From contig JACPTG010000004.1 in the NCBI GenBank assembly GCA_016192905.1, forward strand, positions 5,745 through 69,744: a stretch of 64,000 bases of DNA, given 5' to 3'. The notes beneath the pieces are model-generated. The model was not told the origin of the DNA, did not search any database, and saw only the letters and a program-made list of their open reading frames with translations. Numbering within the stretch: position 1 is the stretch's first letter; each line of letters opens with the position of its first letter. The translations under genes and the position numbers were made by a program. Below, in pieces: positions 35,368 through 42,636 of the stretch. This stretch comes from Candidatus Woesearchaeota archaeon (GTDB lineage: Archaea; Nanobdellota; Nanobdellia; Woesearchaeales; UBA10216).

Positions 35368-36782
35368 TTTAACTGGATACCCCTTATCCTCATTGAAGGC
35401 CCTCCAAACCAGACCGGAAGCGCCTGCATCGGCTCGCCCTTTCCGCAGCTTCCGGCATGGTATTCAGTGTTGTTTGCCGTGGCGTCAATAGCCTTGTAGA
35501 GGGCATATGTGCTGATTTCAATTGTAGGGCTCTTAACAGGCTGACCAAGCCTGCCTCCCTGAATCATGTATGCCTCTGCACCGACATATTTCTGGTGAAC
35601 CCGCCTGTCGTCTATATTCCACTCAGTGAAGCTCTTTATGTACACGCCTTTTTTTATGCCGGCGATTAACTCGTCCTCTGAATAATCGCCCTCCTCAACT
35701 ATCGTGTTCGCCATCCTCGGAATCGGCTCGCGGTCAAAGCCACTGGACCTTGCCGCGGCGTTGACTGGCTGATGCATTTCAGCCGCAGATTCCCTGCTGT
35801 GAAGGAATTCATTAACTTTTCCGGCCTTCATCAGCTGCCGGCTGCATGCCTTCACGCCCTCATCATCATACAAATAAAATCCGAAGCTGTTAGGAATTGT
35901 GGGGTCATCAATTATGCTTACTGCCTGGCTTCCAATCTGCAGGCCAATGCTTCCCCGGTCCAGGAAGGATTCGCCTGCCTGCGCAGCCTCCCTGCCAAGA
36001 ATCCTGTCTGCCTCATAAGGGTGGCCGCAGCTTTCATGGACGATTATGCCTGTAATCTGCGGGCCAACAACAACATCCAGCTTCCCTTTTGGAGGCTGGA
36101 TTCCCTTTTCAACGTTCCTTTTCATTGCAATGACTTCCTCTGCAAGCCTCTCATCCAGCCTGAACTCCCTGAATCCCTCGAATCCAGAAGCCTTTCCGTA
36201 CTGCCAGTACCTCTGGGCTGCATGCCTTCCCTGAACAAGCGTGGTGAAGTAATGGAAATTTACACGGGGGATGACTGAACTTATCCTTGCGCCCTCTGAG
36301 TTAACATAGAATTTTTCCTCAATGCAGTCATTATAGGAAAAGTACCTGTAAGGCACCCTAATCCGGGTGGCTAAAATGGACTTTTCAATCTGCATCAGCT
36401 CGCCAAGCTTTTCCTTAGGGCTCAGCTCGTCAAGCCTAATCCTCTGCCTCACCTCATACTTGGCCTTATGCGGCCTGTGCGCTGACAGCCTGGTCCTGTT
36501 CCTGAGCCGGCCAGCCTTCTTCGCATCAGCCACTGCCAGCTCAGCAGACTTCCTTACGGACTCCCCTGACAGACTGGTAGTTGCAGCAAACCCAAGCGTG
36601 CGGCCTACCAGAACCCTGATGCCCAATCCAGACCTCTCCTCAGAGCCGGAAAGCTCCGCAACACCGTTCTTAAGAAGAATCCCGCCGGAAACAGAACCCT
36701 CAAGCCTGGCGTCAGCGAACTTCGCCCCGCCTTTTAGAGCTGCATCAATCGCCAACTCAGCCAAGTCATGGTCCAATTGCAT
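35364..36782 (-). CDS. tldD: TldD-family zinc metalloprotease
   Basis: 472 aa. GIIVHESCGHPYEADR is the TldD HExxxH motif. Confidence 0.9.
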   Translation of the reverse strand: MQLDHDLAELAIDAALKGGAKFADARLEGSVSGGILLKNGVAELSGSEERSGLGIRVLVGRTLGFAATTSLSGESVRKSAELAVADAKKAGRLRNRTRLSAHRPHKAKYEVRQRIRLDELSPKEKLGELMQIEKSILATRIRVPYRYFSYNDCIEEKFYVNSEGARISSVIPRVNFHYFTTLVQGRHAAQRYWQYGKASGFEGFREFRLDERLAEEVIAMKRNVEKGIQPPKGKLDVVVGPQITGIIVHESCGHPYEADRILGREAAQAGESFLDRGSIGLQIGSQAVSIIDDPTIPNSFGFYLYDDEGVKACSRQLMKAGKVNEFLHSRESAAEMHQPVNAAARSSGFDREPIPRMANTIVEEGDYSEDELIAGIKKGVYIKSFTEWNIDDRRVHQKYVGAEAYMIQGGRLGQPVKSPTIEISTYALYKAIDATANNTEYHAGSCGKGEPMQALPVWFGGPSMRIRGIQLK

Positions 36783-36876
36783 CCCGGCTGGCTGACCTTG
36801 ATTCTTTTTAAATTAATCGGTGGGCTGATGCCTGATGTAAATGGTTTGTGGTTGGTAGTTAATAGTTGGTGGTTAT

Positions 36877-36947
36877 AGCAGCGGGCTAACTCTTCGTGCA
36901 CTGGCCTAGGGAAAGAACACCTAACTAAAAACGCAGAGTCAGCCTGC
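36877..36947 (+). repeat. MITE-like intergenic repeat, copy D (short palindromic R-arm form)
   Basis: Sequence runs agcagcgggctaactcttcgtgcac...gcagagtcagcctgc. The termini are inverted copies of the agcaggctgactct arm of copy E. Confidence 0.65.
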
Positions 36948-36974
36948 AACTTAAGGAAAACAGAAACGGCTTAT

Positions 36975-38030
36975 TTAGCCTACAACAGTAAACTCTCTCA
37001 TGTATTTTGTCAACAGCTCACCTCTCCCTTTTCTTATCAGCAAGTCATCCTCAATCCTTATCCCGGACTTTCCAGGGAAGTACATCCCTGGCTCTATTGT
37101 TATCGCCATCCCGCTTTTCAAAACGCCTTTGCTTCCAGGAGCTATCCTGAAGCCTGCATCATGCACCTCAATCCCGATGTGATGGCCAAGGCCATGTATA
37201 AAACTGCCGCTATGCCTTCCAAGCGCCTTTCTTGCGGCAGCGTCAACATCAGCCGCAACTGCACTGTCTTTTGCAGCGTCTATTCCCTTCTGCTGGGCGG
37301 CCCTCACCAGTTCATACATTTCCCTGTCCTTCCTTCCAGGCTTCCCGACATAAACTGTCCTTGTCATGTCCGAGCAGTACCCTTTATGCCTTATCCCGAA
37401 ATCAATCACGCAGAACCCATTCTGAAGTTTTCCGCTTCCTGAATAGTGGGGCATTGAGGCGTTTTTTCCTGATGCAACGATTGTATCGAAGCTGAGCTTA
37501 TCTCCAAACCTAATTACCTGCTCATGCAGGTGATTCTTTACCTCAAGCTCTGTCCTGAAGTCAAACTGGCTGATAGTTTTCCCTAAAATAACGTCTGTCC
37601 TTCTGCACGCCTCCCTGATAAGCTCAATTTCCCTACTGGTTTTAACCTGCCGCAGCATGCTGAGATTCCCAGAACAGTCAACAAGCTCATGAATGGGGGC
37701 AACAGACTTTAGATAATCAGAGTTTCGCAAGCTCAGGTAGTCCCTGTTTACTGCAATCCTCCTGAAATCCTTCAGAAGGCCTCTTAGGATTTTGTCCCTT
37801 TCAACTGCTGTGGAGAAAGAGAGGACACGCCCTATGCTTCCGTCAGCCTTTATGCGCTCCTCCTCAAGCATTACTGCAAGAATCGCAGGCTCTCCTTTGG
37901 AGGGAATAACCAGCGTGCACCTTTCAAGCTCCACGCCTGCGAAATAGAAGACATTTGGGTCGGTATCCATCAGGATGCATGCATCTAAATTAGCATCCCT
38001 GAGCCCATCCTGGAGCTCAGGAATCTTCAT
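36975..38030 (-). CDS. M24-family Xaa-Pro aminopeptidase/dipeptidase
   Basis: HYSGSG...IDFGIRHKGYCSDMTRT...HGLGHHIGIEVHD...ITIEPGMY...GIRIEDD are the metal ligands of the pita-bread fold. There is an ATGA overlap with the tyrS stop. Confidence 0.9.
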   Translation of the reverse strand: MKIPELQDGLRDANLDACILMDTDPNVFYFAGVELERCTLVIPSKGEPAILAVMLEEERIKADGSIGRVLSFSTAVERDKILRGLLKDFRRIAVNRDYLSLRNSDYLKSVAPIHELVDCSGNLSMLRQVKTSREIELIREACRRTDVILGKTISQFDFRTELEVKNHLHEQVIRFGDKLSFDTIVASGKNASMPHYSGSGKLQNGFCVIDFGIRHKGYCSDMTRTVYVGKPGRKDREMYELVRAAQQKGIDAAKDSAVAADVDAAARKALGRHSGSFIHGLGHHIGIEVHDAGFRIAPGSKGVLKSGMAITIEPGMYFPGKSGIRIEDDLLIRKGRGELLTKYMREFTVVG

Positions 38031-39103
38031 CTTGTTACCTCAAAACTCTTTACCTGCTCAAGAAGCTTCCTGGCCCTGCTGTCCTTTTCGAAGTGTTTTC
38101 TTGTAGGCTCGAGAAGCTCGTTGATTTTTTCAGCTACAGCAGCCTTCAGGTCAACAGGATGGATTTCGCCTGCAGAGTATGCTTTTTCAAGCTCTGCGAA
38201 GCTTTCCAAAACCCTGTTTCCCCCATGCTTCTCGCTCCTGCTGATGTCCAGCGAATCGAACCTTTCAAATATGATGTACTTGCAGTATTCCAGGATGGGG
38301 TTTTCAGCTGCCTGCCCCGGAGGGCAGTATGCCTTGGCTATCTTTCTCTTCACATCATCTGCTGTGTCTGTCATGAATATTGCAGAGTCCGGGATGGATT
38401 TGGACATTTTCATTGCAATCGCCCTTTCAGCCGCGTCTGTTATGCCTGTAACCGGCTGGCCAAGGCCCATAAGCATGTGATGGCTTACTATAACCGGCTT
38501 CCAGAAGCCAAGCGACGGGCCTATTTCCCTTGCCAGGACATTGACCTTCCGCTGATCCATCCCAAGCTGGCAGATGTCTGCCTTCAGCTCAAAAATGTCA
38601 GCAGCCTGCATGCAGGGGTAAAGAATCTGGGAAGCCTGCAGTGCATCAGACTCTGACCTTCCCATAATCTGCGCAGTCCGCAGAATCCTCTTAAGAGTAC
38701 TGTGCCTCGCCACCTGCATCACAGTCTTCCAATAACGTGTTTCCTTCAGAAGATCAGAAGCCCATACAAACTCAACGCTGTCAAGGTCCATGCCTGTTGT
38801 CTTCCACACCTCAACAAAGTACTTGCCAACAACCTGGATTTTTTCAAGGTCACCGCCCATCTTGTTGTTTGCCCAGCCATGCCAGTCAGCCACCAGCATC
38901 TTGAATTTTACACCTGCCTTCGTCATTTTGTTGACATTAATAGACCTCAGGATGCCCTGGGCGATATGAATAGTCCCTGAAGGCTCAAATCCGTCATAAG
39001 CGACCGGATGCTGCTTATCCCCAAGAAGCTGCAACAACTCTGCCTCTGTAACTATCTCCTCGCCAACCTCCTTAATCAGCGCGAGCCTACTTTCGGCATT
39101 CAT
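38027..39103 (-). CDS. tyrS: Tyrosyl-tRNA synthetase (archaeal/eukaryal type)
   Basis: AYDGFEPSGTIHIAQG (HIGH region), YPCMQAADIF and KMSKS are present. The first ATG is at 39103 (the track start at 39124 is GTG). Confidence 0.9.
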   Translation of the reverse strand: MNAESRLALIKEVGEEIVTEAELLQLLGDKQHPVAYDGFEPSGTIHIAQGILRSINVNKMTKAGVKFKMLVADWHGWANNKMGGDLEKIQVVGKYFVEVWKTTGMDLDSVEFVWASDLLKETRYWKTVMQVARHSTLKRILRTAQIMGRSESDALQASQILYPCMQAADIFELKADICQLGMDQRKVNVLAREIGPSLGFWKPVIVSHHMLMGLGQPVTGITDAAERAIAMKMSKSIPDSAIFMTDTADDVKRKIAKAYCPPGQAAENPILEYCKYIIFERFDSLDISRSEKHGGNRVLESFAELEKAYSAGEIHPVDLKAAVAEKINELLEPTRKHFEKDSRARKLLEQVKSFEVTR

Positions 39104-39159
39104 GCCAATAGCTTTGCAGGCCACGCTTAATAAGTTTACTCATTAAACTGACAATAAAC

Positions 39160-39271
39160 AGCAGGCTGACTCTTCGTGCACGGTACAAGATAAACGCCTC
39201 ACGAAGCCAGACAGTACACATTGGCGACCTCCCGAAAGGGACTGCTTAAACTAAGGACGCCACAGCCTGCT
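39160..39271 (-). repeat. MITE-like intergenic repeat, copy E (full-length, both arms, 9-nt perfect terminal inverted repeats)
   Basis: agcaggctg at 39160-39168 is matched by cagcctgct at 39263-39271. The reverse complement aligns with copies A, B and F (tagcaggctgtggcgtccttagtttaagcagtccctttcgggag...ggcttcgtga). The other end matches copies C and D (agcaggctgactcttcgtgcac). Confidence 0.85.
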
Positions 39272-39324
39272 ACTTGTTAACAGTCTTATAAGGGATTTCT
39301 GCGAATAAAAGAAATTTAATTAAG

Positions 39325-40176
39325 ATGACCTTTTCGCAAGCTTTCCGATTTTCCCGGGCAAATTATTTAAAACTGGCTTTTCCTGTTTTTGCGATGCTCA
39401 TAAGCGTCAGCGACCTGGCAGCATATGTTTATTGCCCAAGGAAGCTGTTCAATGAAAGGGTTCTGGGAATCACAGCAGCGCCATCACCGAGGATGACGCT
39501 TGGCTCGGTCAAGCACGCAGTATTCCAGCATGCAAACCTTGTTGAGAGAAGGGTGTTCATGTCATTCAAGGAAGGGATGACTGCCGAGGATGTGCACAGC
39601 CTGTTCCTGGACGCATACAAGTGGGCGCTGGAATGGCAACTTAAACGGAAGGCAGGCCAGCTTTCAGAACAGTCAATCAACCCTTCAGAGGCTTTCTCGT
39701 CACTGCTGCCTGTACTGGACGCCGAGGCGGGATTAAGGGCCTCGGCAGTGCACAAGTATGCATTGACAAATGGCTGCTACGGCTTTGACCTATGGCAGTC
39801 AGTTGTCCCGAAAATCTTTTCTGAGGTGAGGGTAAGGTCCAGGGAACTAAGCCTGCGGGGGGCGATTGACAGGATTGAGCTGTTTCCAGACAGATGCATA
39901 ACATATGAGCTTAAATCAGGCTCACCCCCCTCCTCAGGAGTATGGCCCTGGCACCGAATGCAGGTAGCCGCCTATTCCCTTCTTGCCCAGCGCAGGTTTA
40001 ATGTCCCTGCAAAGCAGATGGCTGTTGAGTACATTTCCTCAGGCGAGAAACGCGAACTGGCCATGAACCCCTTCCTGCAGCAGGAGGTTACTTCAACAAC
40101 TGCAAAAGTCCTTTCGCTTCTTGAATCAAAAGAACCGCCTTCTGCCTGCGGCAGGAAGTCCTGCAGCTGCGGCTAA
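39325..40176 (+). CDS. Cas4/RecB-like PD-(D/E)XK nuclease with Cys cluster (stand-alone)
   Basis: N-terminal SVSDLAAYVYCPRKLF, then RGAIDRIE...YELKSG (D...ExK), and C-terminal CGRKSCSCG. This is the Cas4-type 1+3 cysteine arrangement. An alternative start lies at 39394. Confidence 0.75.
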   Translation: MTFSQAFRFSRANYLKLAFPVFAMLISVSDLAAYVYCPRKLFNERVLGITAAPSPRMTLGSVKHAVFQHANLVERRVFMSFKEGMTAEDVHSLFLDAYKWALEWQLKRKAGQLSEQSINPSEAFSSLLPVLDAEAGLRASAVHKYALTNGCYGFDLWQSVVPKIFSEVRVRSRELSLRGAIDRIELFPDRCITYELKSGSPPSSGVWPWHRMQVAAYSLLAQRRFNVPAKQMAVEYISSGEKRELAMNPFLQQEVTSTTAKVLSLLESKEPPSACGRKSCSCG

Positions 40177-41249
40177 CCCTTGCTGGTATAAACCCTTCTC
40201 ACAGGCAGCGAAATCTCCAGGCCCTCCTTCCTAAACTCCTTCATCAGCTGCTTGATGAACTCATGATTCAGCACTCCCTTGTCCTTGCCATTGCCTGACA
40301 TTAAAACAACTGAGAACATGACGTTAGACTCGCCGAAGCCAGTGAACCTGAACGACGGCTCAAAATTTCTCACCCCTGCTGCCTTAAGCACTTCCCTTGC
40401 AACCTTCAAAGTGACCTGCTCCACCTTTTCAAGGTCATTCTTGTAGGATGTAGCGCAGCCAACGCTGAATGTAACCTCCTTAATCGGAAGGCTGTAGTTG
40501 ATTATCCTGCTCTGGGAAAGCTTGTTGTTCGGGACAATCAAAAGGTTCTGGCCAAGCTTCAGCCTGGTGCTCCTCCACCCGATGTCTGACACAACCCCTT
40601 CCTCGCCTGTCTCCAGCTTGACAAGGTCTCCTGGCTTGAAAGGCTTGTCAGCCATAATGTAAAAGCCGGCGAAAAAATTTGAAAGAGTGTCCTGAAGGGC
40701 CAAAGCCACTGCAAGGGAAACCACGCCGAGGCTCGCTATAAGGGCAGTGACCTTCACTCCGAGCTGGTCAAGGATGAATACGAAGCCAAGCGCATAAATG
40801 AAGATGTATATTATCTTCCTGATTGCAGGCATGAAATGCTCGCTGACCCTTGTTCCTGTACGCTGCGAAACCTCCTTGTCGTACCAGCCCAGCACAGCGA
40901 CAAGAAGCCTTGCCACAGTGTAAGTTGCAAGGATTATCAGGAATATGAGCAGTATCCTGCGCATAAGCTCCCTGTATGCCAAAAGAACCTCTACCTGGAG
41001 AAGCGAGAAATATACTCCAAGCGTGATTGCCAGGAAGTAAATCGGCCTTTGAAGGGCTGCGACCAACTCATCATCAAGTGTTGTCTTTGTGGCTTTTGTA
41101 AGCTGCGTTACATACCTCATTATTATGAAATACAGTATTTTCGCGCCAATTACAGAGGCTATCAGAAGCGCGCCTGCTGTCAAAAGGTCATTCCGCAATA
41201 TTACATCAAGATACTGCCCTGCCCATGAAAGGCTGTCAGGAAGCGCCAT
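40173..41249 (-). CDS. mscS: Small-conductance mechanosensitive channel (MscS family)
   Basis: Multiple N-terminal TM helices are followed by LQDTLSNFFAGFYIMADKPFKPGDLV...GVVSDIGWRSTRL, the MscS beta-domain signature. Confidence 0.85.
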   Translation of the reverse strand: MALPDSLSWAGQYLDVILRNDLLTAGALLIASVIGAKILYFIIMRYVTQLTKATKTTLDDELVAALQRPIYFLAITLGVYFSLLQVEVLLAYRELMRRILLIFLIILATYTVARLLVAVLGWYDKEVSQRTGTRVSEHFMPAIRKIIYIFIYALGFVFILDQLGVKVTALIASLGVVSLAVALALQDTLSNFFAGFYIMADKPFKPGDLVKLETGEEGVVSDIGWRSTRLKLGQNLLIVPNNKLSQSRIINYSLPIKEVTFSVGCATSYKNDLEKVEQVTLKVAREVLKAAGVRNFEPSFRFTGFGESNVMFSVVLMSGNGKDKGVLNHEFIKQLMKEFRKEGLEISLPVRRVYTSKG

Positions 41250-41360
41250 TGGAAGGGTTACAGGCAGTCAGTATTAATACTTTTCTGCGGCAAAAAATTT
41301 ATATATTCAGCTGTTTTGAACTCACTCTTCAGGAATTAAAAAAATTTGCGGGTGTTGCTT

Positions 41361-41624
41361 ATGGCTGATGAGGAAAAGAAGTTTTCAAGGCAGATAATCG
41401 GCAAGACAGTTGTCAGCAAGACCGGCAAGCGCTTCGGAGAAGTGGGAGACATAATCTTTGAGTCAAAGTCCGGCGAGCTCATACACATGGTATTAGCCAA
41501 GCCCACTGCCTACACTGAGAAGCTGCAGCTTGAAAGGGACAAAGACGGAAATATCCTGATACCATACAGCGCCGTAATAGCAATAGGCGACTTCATGGTC
41601 GTGGCAGAAGAGGACATTGTCTAG
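41361..41624 (+). CDS. PRC-barrel domain protein
   Basis: IIGKTVVSKTGKRFGEVGDIIFESKSGELIHMVL...IPYSAVIAIGDFMVV fits the PRC barrel. The ATG is at 41361 (the track start at 41346 is TTG). aatttatatatt lies upstream. Confidence 0.7.
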   Translation: MADEEKKFSRQIIGKTVVSKTGKRFGEVGDIIFESKSGELIHMVLAKPTAYTEKLQLERDKDGNILIPYSAVIAIGDFMVVAEEDIV

Positions 41625-41688
41625 CTTATTGAAAAGCCTGTGTTTAAACTAACAAAATTTATAACCATTCCATTACTGCTTTTTTTCG

Positions 41689-42636
41689 ATGAGCTCTTTA
41701 TGGACAGAGAAGTACAGGCCTGCTGATTTCTCACAGGTTGTCGGCCAGGAGGAGACAGTGCGGAGGATAAAGTCGTTTGTCGAGCAAAAAAACCTCCCCC
41801 ATATCATGTTCTCAGGGCCTGCAGGAACCGGAAAAACAACCCTTGCAATGCTCATAGCCAGGAAGCTCTTTGGAGAAGGTTGGAGGCAGAACTTCTTGGA
41901 TTTAAACGCCAGCGATGAGCGCGGGATTGACGTGATAAGGAACAAGGTCAAGGACTTCGCAAGGACAAAGGCCATCGGCAACGTACCCTTCAAGATAATA
42001 TACCTGGACGAGTCTGACTCACTCACAAAGGAAGCACAGCAGGCACTAAGGAGAACAATGGAAAATTATGCAGGAACCTGCCGCTTTATCCTCAGCAACA
42101 ATTATTCCAGCAAGATAATAGAGCCCATCCAGTCAAGGTGCGCTGTATTCAGGTTCAGGCCCCTAAACGAGGCTGAGCTTGGCACGCTGGCTGACAGGAT
42201 TTCAGCAGGCGAAGGCCTGACTGTTGACCAAGGGGCAAAAAAAGCCCTGGTTGACTCAAGCGAGGGTGACTGCAGGAAGCTTGCGAACATCATGCAGAGC
42301 GCAGCTGCCAGCTCAGAGGCCATTACTGAGGAGCTTGTCTACAGGCATGCGGGGGTTGCAAAACCAAAAGAAATAAAAGAGGTGCTTGCGCTGGCTATAG
42401 CCGGAAAGTTTGTTGAAGCGCGGGACAGGCTTTTCAACGCAATGGCTGCCCAAGGGCTGTCAGGGCTGGACGTGATAAGGCAGATACAGAAGGAGACTGC
42501 TGCGCTGGACTGCGAACCTGCCAGGAAGCTAAGGCTAATAGACAGGTGCGGAGAGATAGAGTTCAGGATGGTTGAAGGCGCTGACGAGTTTATCCAGCTC
42601 GAGGCGCTGCTCAGCAACTACGCCTTGCCAAGATGA
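41689..42636 (+). CDS. rfcS: Replication factor C small subunit
   Basis: LWTEKYRPADFSQVVGQEETVRRIKSFVEQKNLPHIMFSGPAGTGKTT...IIYLDESDSLT...SRC motifs are present. No intein. Confidence 0.95.
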   Translation: MSSLWTEKYRPADFSQVVGQEETVRRIKSFVEQKNLPHIMFSGPAGTGKTTLAMLIARKLFGEGWRQNFLDLNASDERGIDVIRNKVKDFARTKAIGNVPFKIIYLDESDSLTKEAQQALRRTMENYAGTCRFILSNNYSSKIIEPIQSRCAVFRFRPLNEAELGTLADRISAGEGLTVDQGAKKALVDSSEGDCRKLANIMQSAAASSEAITEELVYRHAGVAKPKEIKEVLALAIAGKFVEARDRLFNAMAAQGLSGLDVIRQIQKETAALDCEPARKLRLIDRCGEIEFRMVEGADEFIQLEALLSNYALPR

